Source: Alphaproteobacteria bacterium (GTDB lineage: Bacteria; Pseudomonadota; Alphaproteobacteria; SMXQ01). From it: a stretch of DNA of 64,000 nucleotides. Below, in pieces: positions 43,152 to 53,329 of this stretch (position 1 is its first letter; each line of letters starts with the position of its first letter). Made by a program: the position numbers and the translations under genes. Below the pieces are notes generated by a model. It was given only the letters and a program-made list of their open reading frames with translations, searched no databases and was not told the origin of the DNA. Location: positions 593-64,592 of the forward strand of contig SMXQ01000078.1 of assembly GCA_004356985.1 (NCBI GenBank), given 5' to 3'.

Positions 43152-43532
43152 ATGAACCAAGGCGAGCGCGGCCCCAAGCTGCTGTACGACCCCCATATCT
43201 TCGTCTGCCTGGACGACAAGGGCGCCGAGCCGGGGCGCGGATGCTGCGCCGATCGGGGGGTGATGGAGTTGTTCACCCACATGCGCGGCTATGCCAAGCA
43301 GAACGGGGTGACCGGCATCCGCATCAACCGGTCGAATTGCCTCGACCGCTGCGAACTCGGCCCCATCATGGTGGTCTACCCCGAGGGCACCTGGTACGCG
43401 GTCCGCACCAAGGAAGACGCCGAAGAAATCGTCCGCAGCCACATTATCGAGGGCCGCCGCGTGGACCGGCTGGTTGTCCGGCCCTCCGACTGCGTGGCCG
43501 GCGACCTGGCCTTAGCGGAAAAAACCGAATAA
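43152..43532 (+). CDS. Thioredoxin-like [2Fe-2S] ferredoxin
   Basis: HIFVC...GCCADRG...NCLDRCELGPIMVVYPEGTWY. Confidence 0.9.
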   Translation: MNQGERGPKLLYDPHIFVCLDDKGAEPGRGCCADRGVMELFTHMRGYAKQNGVTGIRINRSNCLDRCELGPIMVVYPEGTWYAVRTKEDAEEIVRSHIIEGRRVDRLVVRPSDCVAGDLALAEKTE

Positions 43533-43607
43533 GCCGCGCCGGGCGGACATCGATTCAAGATCACGCCCCGCGCGGCAGGGGGGCGCGTCACAGGAGACAA
43601 CGGACAC

Positions 43608-44921
43608 ATGGCGTCCCAGCCCAAGAACACGGAACTCTTCCTCGAGGCCCATATTCTCTGCTGCTGCAACCAGCGGCCCGAAGGCCATCCGCGCAGTTGC
43701 TGCGCCGACCGCGGCGGCCGGGAGCTCATGGAGACCATCGCCAGACGCATCGCCGAATCCGGCCTGGACAACGTCACCGTCACCGAGGCCGGGTGCATGG
43801 AACGCTGCGAGCTGGGCCCGACCATGGTGATCTATCCCGACGCGGTCTGGTACTCCTACGCCAACCAGGACGACATCGACGAAATCATCGAGAGCCACCT
43901 CAAGGGCGGCCGGCCGGTCGATCGCCTGGTGCTGGACCCCGACCAGAAGCTCCCCAACCCCAAGACCGTGGATCTTCTCGAGGTCACGGTCACCGCCGTC
44001 AAGGACGAGACCGCCGACATCAAATCCCTGGTGTTGGCAGCGCCCGACGGCGCACCGCTTCCCGCTTTCGACGCCGGGGCCCATATCGACGTGATGACCG
44101 GCAACGGCATGCGGCGGTCGTACTCCATCGCGTCCGACCCCGCCGACCCAACGAGCTATCTCCTGGGGGTGCTGCGGGAACCGGAAAGCCGCGGCGGGTC
44201 GACCTGGATTCACGACACGCTCAGGGCCGGGGACAGCCTCAAGATCACCAAGCCGCTGAACAACTTCCCGCTCGCCGAGAACGCGCGAAAGCACATCCTG
44301 ATCGCCGGCGGGATCGGCATCACCCCGGTGCTCGCCATGGCCCGGACCCTCGCCGCCGGCGATGCCGATTTCGAACTCCATTACTGCACCCGGACCCCGG
44401 AAGGCACGGGTTTCAGGCGCGAAGTGGAGGCCATCGCCGGCGACCATCTCAGCTATCATCACGACGGCGGGGACCCGTCCCGGGGCATCGAGCTCGATGC
44501 GGTCTTGGGCGGATGTCCGGCGGGCACCCATGTCTACGTCTGCGGCCCCAGGCCGCTGATCGAAGCGGTCCGCGCGGCGGCGGCCGGGTGGCCCGAGAAC
44601 CACGTCCATTTCGAGCTGTTCTCGGCGCCGCCGGACCGCGATTGGCACAACGAACCCTTCGAAATCTACCTCTCGCGCCGGCGCATGGACCTCACCGTGC
44701 CGGCCGACCGCACGATCTTGGAAGTGGTCCGCGAAGCCGGCGTATTCGCCGATTCATCGTGCGAACAGGGATTGTGCTCGACCTGCCAGGTGCGGGTGAT
44801 CTCGGGCGAGGTCGAGCATCGCGACCAGGTCCTGACCGCCGAGGATAAAGCCAAGGGGGAGACCATGATGATGTGCGTTTCCCGGGGCTTGCCGGGGGAC
44901 AAGCTGGTCATCGATATCTGA
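43608..44921 (+). CDS. Fusion of thioredoxin-like [2Fe-2S] domain and PDR/VanB-type oxidoreductase
   Basis: N-terminal CMERCELGPTMVIYPD; then RSYSI, GGS, AGGIGITP, YVCGP, SCEQGLCSTC...CVS. Confidence 0.9.
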   Translation: MASQPKNTELFLEAHILCCCNQRPEGHPRSCCADRGGRELMETIARRIAESGLDNVTVTEAGCMERCELGPTMVIYPDAVWYSYANQDDIDEIIESHLKGGRPVDRLVLDPDQKLPNPKTVDLLEVTVTAVKDETADIKSLVLAAPDGAPLPAFDAGAHIDVMTGNGMRRSYSIASDPADPTSYLLGVLREPESRGGSTWIHDTLRAGDSLKITKPLNNFPLAENARKHILIAGGIGITPVLAMARTLAAGDADFELHYCTRTPEGTGFRREVEAIAGDHLSYHHDGGDPSRGIELDAVLGGCPAGTHVYVCGPRPLIEAVRAAAAGWPENHVHFELFSAPPDRDWHNEPFEIYLSRRRMDLTVPADRTILEVVREAGVFADSSCEQGLCSTCQVRVISGEVEHRDQVLTAEDKAKGETMMMCVSRGLPGDKLVIDI

Positions 44922-44934
44922 CGGCGACCGGCGT

Positions 44935-45669
44935 TCAGCTCACGCTATTGAAATAGTGGCAATCGGTGGAATTGACCCAGGTGGTCCGGAGCTCGATGGG
45001 CTTGCCGTCGAGGCCGAAGGAGATGCGCAGGATTTGCAGCAGGGGCGCGCCCATCTCTACTTCAAGCGCTTCCGCCGCTTGGCTTTCGGCGGCCACCGCC
45101 GAGAGCCACTCTTCCGCCCGCGCCGCGAGGACCCCGTATTCCTTCTCCATGATCACATAGGTGTTGGCCCGGGGATTTTTATCCAAATGATCGACGAAAC
45201 CGGGGAAGACGTCGTTCACCAGGACGATTTCGTCGCGCAGGACCGGCGCGCCGTTGATGGCCCGCACCCGGTAAATGCGGACCACTTCGGATTCCGGTCC
45301 GATATGCAGGGCCTCTTGCTCGGGCTGGGACGCCGAGGCCACCACATGGCGGACGGAGACGTTGACCCTCTCGGCCAACGGCTTGTGGCTGGCGTCGGTC
45401 ATGGAAAAGAAATGAACCGGTTGTTCGGCGCCCCGGGCCGCGACGAAAGTCCCCTTGCCCTGATGACGCACCACCACATGCTCGGCCGCCATCTCCTCCA
45501 GCGCCTTGCGCACGGTGCCTTGGCTTACGTTGAATTCTTCGGCGAGCTTGGCTTCGCTAGGGAGAATCCCTCCCGGCTTCCAATCGCCCGACACCACGCG
45601 TTGAAGCAGAAGCTGCTTTACCTGACGATAAAGCGGTTGAAAATCAGGGGCTTGGACCGTCTCCGACAT
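44935..45669 (-). CDS. GntR (HutC/UTRA) transcriptional regulator
   Basis: PLYRQVK, LPSE, VSQGTVRKAL, QGKGTFV, UTRA-like C-terminus. Confidence 0.92.
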   Translation of the reverse strand: MSETVQAPDFQPLYRQVKQLLLQRVVSGDWKPGGILPSEAKLAEEFNVSQGTVRKALEEMAAEHVVVRHQGKGTFVAARGAEQPVHFFSMTDASHKPLAERVNVSVRHVVASASQPEQEALHIGPESEVVRIYRVRAINGAPVLRDEIVLVNDVFPGFVDHLDKNPRANTYVIMEKEYGVLAARAEEWLSAVAAESQAAEALEVEMGAPLLQILRISFGLDGKPIELRTTWVNSTDCHYFNSVS

Positions 45670-45834
45670 GCAAATCCCAGATTCAGTGGCAAATCGGCGG
45701 GCGGCATCCCAAGCACCACCCGGGAAAAAAGCTATAAATTATAAATTATCTTTAGCGCCTAAACAACATTCACCACATCTTTCACGAGGATACCACGTCC
45801 AAGGGGCGGAACAACCGCCCCGAACGGCGCCGCC

Positions 45835-46596
45835 CTAAGGCAGGTAGGCGCCCCCGGTGAGGTGGATGGTCTGGCCGGTGATATAGCGCGACTGAGGCCC
45901 GCAGAGGTGGCGGACCATGGCGGCAACCTCTTCCACCCGGCCCTTGCGCCCCACCAAGGGCCGCATGCGGGCGTGATCCTGGGCGACCTCGGAGGTGGCC
46001 CCGCGGACGGTGTCGATCAGCCCCGGAACCACGCAATTCACGGTGATGCCGTCGCCGCCGAGCTCGGTGGCCAGCCCCTTGGTGAAGCCCACCAGGCCGG
46101 ACTTCGCGGTGGTCACGTGGACCCTCTCCGACGCCCCCATGTGGGCGGTCAGCCCGCCCATGGAAATGATCGTGCCGCCGCCTTGTTTTCGCATATGGGG
46201 GATCACCGCCTTGGCACAGAGAAAGGCGCCGTCGAGGATGATGGCGGTGACCTGGTGCCATTCCTCCAGGCTCATTTCGGTGATCGCCGTGCGCAGGCGA
46301 ATGGCCGCGTTGTTGACCAGGATATCGACCCGGCCCCACCGGTCGACGACCTGGCCGACCATGGCCGCCACTGCGTCGGCATCGGTGATGTCGGCTTGGA
46401 TCACCATGGCCGCGCCGCCCTGCGCCTCGATCTCGGCCTTGGCTTCCTCGGCGGCGTCGACAGAGGTCTTGACGTTGATGGCGACCTTGGCCCCCCCGTC
46501 CACCAGGTCCAGCGCGATCGCCTTGCCGATATTGCGCGCCGCCCCGGTGATGATGGCCACCTGTCCCGCCAGCTCGTTGCTCTTTCCCGTCGCCAT
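45835..46596 (-). CDS. SDR family oxidoreductase
   Basis: TGAARNIG, LVNNAA; HVTTAK in place of YxxxK. Confidence 0.9.
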   Translation of the reverse strand: MATGKSNELAGQVAIITGAARNIGKAIALDLVDGGAKVAINVKTSVDAAEEAKAEIEAQGGAAMVIQADITDADAVAAMVGQVVDRWGRVDILVNNAAIRLRTAITEMSLEEWHQVTAIILDGAFLCAKAVIPHMRKQGGGTIISMGGLTAHMGASERVHVTTAKSGLVGFTKGLATELGGDGITVNCVVPGLIDTVRGATSEVAQDHARMRPLVGRKGRVEEVAAMVRHLCGPQSRYITGQTIHLTGGAYLP

Positions 46597-46615
46597 GTTT
46601 GGTCTCCCTGCTTTC

Positions 46616-47983
46616 TTAGTTTCGGTACGCGGCAAGGCCACCCAGGTCGGGAAGCGTCCTAAGGTCACGGCAAAACGCAAGCAGCCCGGAGATCGAATCC
46701 TCGTCCATTCCCGCGTATGCCAGATTGGCCCTGAACTTGCCGACGATGTCGGCATCGGTCATGGGTTCGCGGGTCCCGCCGCGAAGCCAGGGCTGGTTTT
46801 CCTCGACCAATGTGCCGTCCTTGAGGCGGGCCAGGATGTGGCCGGTGTAATTGACCGGGTATTCGTTGGCAGGGTCGACCTGGTAGGTGATGCGCCGGGC
46901 CAGGTCCAGGACGGCGGCATCGGCGACGCGCGTTTCGGTGAACTGGGCGAGGCCGGCATCGCCGTCGATCAGCCCTACGGCGATGCAATAGGGGCCCGAG
47001 AACTTGGCGCCGTAGGCCGATGGCGGGCGATGCTTGATGGCGAGCGGTTCCCACAACCTGTGCACCGTGCCTTCACCGACCTTGCAGGTCATGGAGTCGA
47101 TATCCTCGGCTTTGATTCCGGCCTTGCCCATGCGCACCGCGCAATCCACGTAGGGCTGGCACATGGTGCCGCAGGCATAGGGCTTGAACGACAGGCGCCC
47201 GGCCTCCCAGCGGCTGCCCAGCGCGCCGGTGAGCGGCTCGAATTCGGCCTCGATGGAAGGGGCGAAGGCGGTATAGAAGCCGTGTTCGCCCTCGAACACG
47301 CTCCGCGGCCCGGCGAACCCGGCCTCGGCCATCCCCGCCGCGCGAATCCCCGCCTGGGCCGCCCAGCCGGCATGCATGCGCTTGGTCCAGGATCCGTCGG
47401 CGAGGTATTCGATGATGCCCGACGCGCAAGACCCGGCGAGGCCGAAGGCCCGCACCAGGGCCCCTTGGTCGAGCCCCAGGGTGACCCCCGCCGCCGCCGC
47501 CGCGCCCATGGCGCCGATCACGGCGGTGGGATGGAAACCCGCGGCATGGATTCCCTTGCCCGCGACCTGGCCCATGCGGCACATCACTTCGATGCCCGCC
47601 GCCATGCCGGCGAACGCCCGGGCGCCGGAAAGGCCGCGGCTCTCGGCAAGGGCCAGGACCGCCGGCACCACCACGGCGCCCGAATGCACCGGACAGCCTT
47701 CATAGGTGTTGTCGAAATCCTCGCCATGGGCGGCGGTGCCGTTGAGCATCGCCGCCGAGGCCGCGTCCATGCCGTCGGCGCCGAGCCCCAAGGCGGTCGC
47801 CCCGCCGGCGCCGCGTTCCCAGCCCTTGGCCAAGGCGGCGACGTAATCGGTCCCCCGCGCCGCATAGGCCAGGCCGACGGTGTCGATCAGGGTGTGGGTG
47901 ACGCCGAGGACCGCGTCTTCGCTAAGCGCATGGGCATCGAGCCCGGCGAGCCAGGCGGCAAGGGTTTCCGATACGGTTGCCAT
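46616..47983 (-). CDS. MmgE/PrpD family protein
   Basis: NGTAAHGEDFDNT, GFHPT, TKRMHAG, FKPYACG, AKFSGPY. Confidence 0.92.
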   Translation of the reverse strand: MATVSETLAAWLAGLDAHALSEDAVLGVTHTLIDTVGLAYAARGTDYVAALAKGWERGAGGATALGLGADGMDAASAAMLNGTAAHGEDFDNTYEGCPVHSGAVVVPAVLALAESRGLSGARAFAGMAAGIEVMCRMGQVAGKGIHAAGFHPTAVIGAMGAAAAAGVTLGLDQGALVRAFGLAGSCASGIIEYLADGSWTKRMHAGWAAQAGIRAAGMAEAGFAGPRSVFEGEHGFYTAFAPSIEAEFEPLTGALGSRWEAGRLSFKPYACGTMCQPYVDCAVRMGKAGIKAEDIDSMTCKVGEGTVHRLWEPLAIKHRPPSAYGAKFSGPYCIAVGLIDGDAGLAQFTETRVADAAVLDLARRITYQVDPANEYPVNYTGHILARLKDGTLVEENQPWLRGGTREPMTDADIVGKFRANLAYAGMDEDSISGLLAFCRDLRTLPDLGGLAAYRN

Positions 47984-47991
47984 GGCTTCCC

Positions 47992-49401
47992 TCACCCGGT
48001 CTGGATGGCCCGGGCGAGATCGCCCGCATCATCCAAATCGACCACGCCCCGGGCGGCGTCGATCAGCGCCGACGTCCGCGCGGGATCGAGAATGCCGGCG
48101 ACGCAGGCGGCGGTTTTCTGTTCGAGATCGTCATCGGTCATCGGCTTGTCGGGCCCGCCCCGGTAGCGTTCGTCCGCCTCCTGTACCAGGGTCTCCCCGG
48201 ATTTCAATTCCACCTCGATGCGCGACCGGATCACGTCCATGCCCTGGGATTCGATGGCCGCATCGAGGATGCAGGTCACCCGGCCCTGAAGGTCCTGCAT
48301 GGCCGCGCCCTGGACGAATTGGTCGGTGAACTCGGCACGGCCGGCGCGGCGCGCGATGACCATCATCGACAACAGCGCCGCCATGGAAAACTTGGCCTGG
48401 AGGTGGTTCTTGGCGACCGTGTACCGGATGGGGTTGAGGATGTTGGAGCCGGCGAAGAAATCGATCTTCTTCACGTCCCCCGGCTTGACATCGTTTTCGG
48501 TCACCAATTTCAATAAAGCATCCATGGACTGGTGGGTGAGGATGCCCGATGGGTAGGGTTTGATGGAAATTCCGGGATCGACCATGGACCAGGTCCTGCC
48601 GAAACCCTGGTCGAGCTTGTCCCGGTAAACGCCGCCGCCCATGACCTCCATGAACCCCCAGGGCCCGTCCAGCGCGGCGGGATCGGCGGTGAAGCCGCGA
48701 TCCGCCAAAAGCGCCGCCGTCACCCCGTTCTCCGATGCCCGGCCCACGTGCAAAGGCTTGGTCATGGTGCCGAAATTGCACCGCAGGCCGGCGCCGAAGC
48801 TCGCCGCCATGCCGAAAGCGTGGCGCAATTTATCGCCCCCGAGGCCGGCCAGCTTGGCCGCCGCCGCCATGGCGCCGAAGGTGCCCACCGTGGCCGAGGA
48901 ATGAAAGCCCTTGCGGTAATGGTCGCTCGCCATCCATTCGGAGATTTTGCTCTCCACCTCGATGCCGGCGACGAAGGCGGTGAGGAAGTCGCGGCCACTG
49001 ATCTTTCCCAGCTTCTGGACGACCGTGAGCGCGGCGGTCAACGGCGGGATGGTGGGATGGGTCAGAAGCCCGTAAATATGCCGGGGATCGCGGGAAACCT
49101 GGGTATCGTCCCAGTCATGGGCATGACCGGCGGTGCCCAGCACGCGCGCGGCCAGCGCCGCCGGCACCTTGGCCGCACCCCGGCCGAGCACCAGGGCATC
49201 GGCCCGCCCGCCCTGGTCAACCGCGTCCGCGGCCAGGATGCGTACCGATTCCTCGGCCCCGCCGGCGACAAACAGGCCGAGACCGTCCAGCACGCAGCGC
49301 CGGGCTATGGTGAGCACGTCGGCGGGCAGATCTTCGAAGCGCACGGCCTCGATGAATTGGGCGGCGTCTTCGGTAACGTGGCCGGGTTCGTTGGTTGCCA
49401 T
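47992..49401 (-). CDS. MmgE/PrpD family protein
   Basis: GTAGHAHDWDDT, THPT, GFHSS, MTKPLHVG, IKPYPSG, AKFSM. Confidence 0.92.
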   Translation of the reverse strand: MATNEPGHVTEDAAQFIEAVRFEDLPADVLTIARRCVLDGLGLFVAGGAEESVRILAADAVDQGGRADALVLGRGAAKVPAALAARVLGTAGHAHDWDDTQVSRDPRHIYGLLTHPTIPPLTAALTVVQKLGKISGRDFLTAFVAGIEVESKISEWMASDHYRKGFHSSATVGTFGAMAAAAKLAGLGGDKLRHAFGMAASFGAGLRCNFGTMTKPLHVGRASENGVTAALLADRGFTADPAALDGPWGFMEVMGGGVYRDKLDQGFGRTWSMVDPGISIKPYPSGILTHQSMDALLKLVTENDVKPGDVKKIDFFAGSNILNPIRYTVAKNHLQAKFSMAALLSMMVIARRAGRAEFTDQFVQGAAMQDLQGRVTCILDAAIESQGMDVIRSRIEVELKSGETLVQEADERYRGGPDKPMTDDDLEQKTAACVAGILDPARTSALIDAARGVVDLDDAGDLARAIQTG

Positions 49402-49543
49402 GGAGAACCTCGTGACTGACTGAACGCAAAAGCGCCCGAGAAGAAAACAAACGGCGCGCCATTGCGCAACAGAAATAAGCACCCGCCACGGCGCGCCAGA
49501 TTAAGCCAGGCGCGCATCGCGGCGGCGCCCGGCCCGGCCCAAC

Positions 49544-50785
49544 CTAGGACGGGCCCTCCAGCGCGTCGCGGATGTGCTGCTGGCGGCGCACCATCCAGGC
49601 CCAGAAAATGAGGCACAACACGGCGCCGCCGGTGACCGGCGCCGCCAGCCCCAGAAATTCCGACAACCCGCCCATGGCCAGCGCGCCCAGCGCCGGGCCG
49701 CCCCGGGCGACGATGCCGTAAGCCGCCATCACCCGGCCGCGGAATTCCGTCGCCACCGCGGTCTGCACCAGGGTCTGGGTGGACACCCCCTGCACCACGA
49801 TGGCCCAGCCGGCGACGGTCATGAGAGGCAGGGCCAGCCAGAACCCGGCAATGGTGGAGAATATGATCAAGGACACCGAAATCAACAGCAGGCTGACGGT
49901 GATGACATTGGTAAATCCCCGCGTCCCGCCGCGTTGGGTCATCCAAAAGCCCGCGCCCATGGCACCGATCCCGTGGAAAGCAAGAAGGGTGGAGTAGCCG
50001 TTGACGCCGCGGTCGAACACCGCCGAAGCGATGCCCGGCAAGAGCTCGGTGAAGGGCCGCACGAACAATGACGTCAGCATGAGGATGACCAGAGCGAGAG
50101 CGATGCCCACATGGTTGAAGGCGTAGCGCACCCCTTCCCAGGTCTCGGCCGCGATTCCGGTCTTGTTGGTCGCTGCCCTTTTGGTCGGCGTGATGTCGAT
50201 CATGAACAGGATCACCACGAACGCCACATAGCTCAACCCGTTGGCGAAGAAAGCCCAGGCCGGGCCATACCAGGCGGTGATGGCGCCGCCCAGCACCGGG
50301 CCGATGAAACGGGTGACATTGAAGACCATGGAGTTGATGGCGATGGCCGACGACAGGGCCTCGCGGCCGACGATGTTATAGACCAGGGTCATCCGCGGCG
50401 GACGGTTGAAGGCGACCACGGTGCCGCGAAACAGGGCAAAGAACAAAAGCCATTCGATGGTCGCGAAACCGGAGAAGGTGACGGCGCCAAGACCCACCGC
50501 CTGGGCGATGGCGAACATCTGGGTGATCCGCAGCAGCCTGAGCGCATCGGTCCGGTCGGTCAGCGTGCCGGCGAACAAGCCGATGGCAAAGGTGGGAAAC
50601 ATATCGGCGAAGGCGATAATGCCGAGCCAGGCGCCGGAATGGGTCAGCTTCCAGGTGAGCCAAGCCATGGCAACCCTCTGTATCCAATTTCCCGAGGTCG
50701 ACATCAGGTTGCCGAGGACGTACAGGGCGTAATTCCGGTTGCCGAAGGCCCGCCTGATATTGTCTATGCCGCGGGTGCCGATCAC
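49544..50785 (-). CDS. MFS transporter
   Basis: About 12 TM helices; GNWIQRVA, AIAINS, FRGRVM. Confidence 0.9.
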   Translation of the reverse strand: MIGTRGIDNIRRAFGNRNYALYVLGNLMSTSGNWIQRVAMAWLTWKLTHSGAWLGIIAFADMFPTFAIGLFAGTLTDRTDALRLLRITQMFAIAQAVGLGAVTFSGFATIEWLLFFALFRGTVVAFNRPPRMTLVYNIVGREALSSAIAINSMVFNVTRFIGPVLGGAITAWYGPAWAFFANGLSYVAFVVILFMIDITPTKRAATNKTGIAAETWEGVRYAFNHVGIALALVILMLTSLFVRPFTELLPGIASAVFDRGVNGYSTLLAFHGIGAMGAGFWMTQRGGTRGFTNVITVSLLLISVSLIIFSTIAGFWLALPLMTVAGWAIVVQGVSTQTLVQTAVATEFRGRVMAAYGIVARGGPALGALAMGGLSEFLGLAAPVTGGAVLCLIFWAWMVRRQQHIRDALEGPS

Positions 50786-50867
50786 CTAAAGCGCGCCTCC
50801 GGGGACCACCAGGCACCGGCGCCCGGGCGGCGCTCGGCGGCGCTCATGGGCCCGGTCATGGGCCCGG

Positions 50868-51965
50868 TCATGGGGATGGCCTGAAACCGGAATCGTAGAG
50901 GGCGCCGAGGTCGGTGCCGAGCCATTCCGTGGGAATCTGCCGATTGGTGCCTTCCGCCACCACCCGGTCGTAAACGATTCGCCCAGCCGCGGCGAACTGG
51001 ATGGCCAGGCCGGAATTGTTCTTGTAATAGACGATCCCCGCGCCGCCCGATCGGACGGCCACCTTGCCGGCGACGATATCCCCCAACTCGACGATGGCGT
51101 CGCGGCTGATAAGCCCCGCTTCCAAGGGCTCCAGGAGCTCGGTCTGGTCGTTGTCGATGACGCTTTCCCAGTCGTTCACCACCAATGCCGTCGATTTCGC
51201 GTAGGTGGTTTCGTCCACTTCGGTGCGTTTCTTGTTGGTGGCGTCCGAATTGGCGATGGATATCACCAGCTGCCCATCGCTCAGCCAGTCGCCATCGAAG
51301 ACCGGCTCCATGGCCGTGGTGCAGCAACAGATGACGTCGGCGCCGCGCACCACCTCGCGCGGGTCTTGGGCGGCCACCACCTCGATCTTTCCGGCCGCCT
51401 GCTTGGCCTTGGCGGCAACGAATTGCTCGCGGTGGTCGGCATTGGGGCTGAACACCACCACGCGCTCGAATTGCCGCACGCAGGTGATGGCGTCGAACGC
51501 CGCGCCGGCCTGTTTGCCGGATCCAAACAGGCCGAGGGTCTTGACGTCCTTGGGCGCGATGTGGTCCACCGCCAGCCCCGAGGTCGCCCCCACCCGCATG
51601 CCCGACAGCTTGAACTCGTGCATCAGCGCCAGCGGCTCTGCCGTTTCGATGTCGAACAGGATGACGATGCCCCAACAAAATGGCCGTGGATTTTCGTACA
51701 GGCGCCGGTTGTTGGTGGGGCTGGGGGGGACGATGATCTGGGAACCGGCCCGGACGCAGGCGATGCCCACCGAGGGCACGGCGCCCACATGCACGTTGGC
51801 GAAGTAGCGGCGGCTCGGGTCGGGATGGCGCGCCTGATAGCGCACCCTGGGCAGGTTGACGGCATCGCCAATGGCAAAATCGGCGAACGCGGTGGCCATG
51901 GCATCGATGCATTCGCGCATGGAAAGATGCCGCGCGACGTCTTCGTCGGTAATGATGACCGTCAT
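50868..51965 (-). CDS. Ornithine cyclodeaminase/mu-crystallin family protein
   Basis: MRVGATSG, GLFGSGKQA, ADVICCCT, ELGDIVAGK. Confidence 0.88.
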   Translation of the reverse strand: MTVIITDEDVARHLSMRECIDAMATAFADFAIGDAVNLPRVRYQARHPDPSRRYFANVHVGAVPSVGIACVRAGSQIIVPPSPTNNRRLYENPRPFCWGIVILFDIETAEPLALMHEFKLSGMRVGATSGLAVDHIAPKDVKTLGLFGSGKQAGAAFDAITCVRQFERVVVFSPNADHREQFVAAKAKQAAGKIEVVAAQDPREVVRGADVICCCTTAMEPVFDGDWLSDGQLVISIANSDATNKKRTEVDETTYAKSTALVVNDWESVIDNDQTELLEPLEAGLISRDAIVELGDIVAGKVAVRSGGAGIVYYKNNSGLAIQFAAAGRIVYDRVVAEGTNRQIPTEWLGTDLGALYDSGFRPSP

Positions 51966-52212
51966 GATTCTCCCCTTTCAAAAGAAGCGGTTTCCCGCCT
52001 TTTTCCGGCCCGGCCGCAGCCGGCGCCCAACGCGCCCGCAATAGATTAATGTTGGCAGGACCCACGATATGTTGTGGCGTACTTGTTCTTCGGTACTAAT
52101 TGTTGCGTTTGGGGTGGCCCGTTGAAATACTTTTCCCCCTGAGACCGCCGTTAGCCACCCAGGATACCAAATCTCGGTTCAAGGGAGAAATTTATCGAAG
52201 GAGGGGGGATGC

Positions 52213-52446
52213 ATGACATTCCTTGACAAAATAAAGGGCTGGCTCGCCGAGATCGTCGAGGTGGGCCTTCTTCTTGTCGCCCTCGGCATCGTCCTGCAAA
52301 TTCTGATCGGACCCAAGATGATGTTCCTGGGCGATGTGGTGGGCAACCTGACCGGCTTGATCGCGAAACTCGGCGAGAACGGCCTGGTCGGCTTAATCGC
52401 CATCTCCATCATTCTCTGGCTGTTCGCCAAGAGAAGCCCCGGCTGA
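52213..52446 (+). CDS. Small 2-TM membrane protein
   Basis: GGAGG RBS, 77 hydrophobic residues, own terminator. Confidence 0.8.
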   Translation: MTFLDKIKGWLAEIVEVGLLLVALGIVLQILIGPKMMFLGDVVGNLTGLIAKLGENGLVGLIAISIILWLFAKRSPG

Positions 52447-52485
52447 TCGGGCTTTCATCGGACCGAAATCCATCATCCGTGAGGG

Positions 52486-52518
52486 AAAGGGCCGGGGGGT
52501 CGCCCCCGGCCCTTTTTT
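52486..52518 (+). terminator. Intrinsic terminator (possibly bidirectional)
   Basis: AAAGGGCCGGGG...CCCCGGCCCTTTTTT. Confidence 0.8.
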
Positions 52519-52537
52519 CCGTCCCGCGCGGTGCGCA

Positions 52538-53263
52538 TCAGAAATCGCGCAGCAGGCGGCCATAGCCCGCGATGGAATCATCGACCCCGGAGCGGCGCAG
52601 CGCCTGCCAGATGATGGCCTGGATGGGCTGCACCACGGTCACGCCGAACTCCTTTTCGAGGACGTCTATGGCGCCGACCATGGCCCAGTGGGGGCAGGAG
52701 TAATAGATGGTGTCGACGTCGGGGAATTTGTCCATGATTTCGCGCCCCAGCGCCGGGGCCACCTCGTCGGGGACCATGCCGAGCTCGATGAACTTGGCCT
52801 CCACCCGGACGCAGCCCTGGGGGTCGAGCCCGAATTCGCGCATGTAGCCCATGTGGCGCTCGTCGTGGGATTCATCGTAGGGCTGGACGATGCCCACCTT
52901 GTTGCAGCCCAGCGTTTTGAAGGCGTCGCGCTGGGACGAGGCCGAGGTGCTGATGGGGATGCCGACCTCTTTTTCGGTCTCGGCGATCAGCACGTCGATA
53001 TTGTCGAAGCCGCGGCTGACGTTGATGGGCAGGCCGCCGAAGACCAGGATATCGACCCCCGCCCGGGCCATGATCTTGGCCGCCTTAAGGCTCGCGTCGT
53101 AGGACCGGTCGACCTCTTCCTCGGTGCGCTCCACCAGGGGCAGGGTATGGACTACCAGGGTCACGCCATCGGGCACGATCTTGTAAAACTCGTAAGGGAA
53201 TACCTCCGTTGCCGAAGGCGGCGACGTATAGCCGATCCTGGCGCGGTGACCGTACATGGGCAT
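52538..53263 (-). CDS. Maleate isomerase/arylmalonate decarboxylase-like protein (Asp/Glu racemase superfamily), paralogue 1
   Basis: MYGHRARIG, PDGV, FGGLP, YYSCPHW, LEKEFGVTVV, GYGRLL. Confidence 0.85.
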   Translation of the reverse strand: MPMYGHRARIGYTSPPSATEVFPYEFYKIVPDGVTLVVHTLPLVERTEEEVDRSYDASLKAAKIMARAGVDILVFGGLPINVSRGFDNIDVLIAETEKEVGIPISTSASSQRDAFKTLGCNKVGIVQPYDESHDERHMGYMREFGLDPQGCVRVEAKFIELGMVPDEVAPALGREIMDKFPDVDTIYYSCPHWAMVGAIDVLEKEFGVTVVQPIQAIIWQALRRSGVDDSIAGYGRLLRDF

Positions 53264-53329
53264 GGCTGCATCCTCTTCTTTGGCGTTTCATGGAAAGCCC
53301 GCGGCGGCTTTGCCGGACGGGCCGGAACC

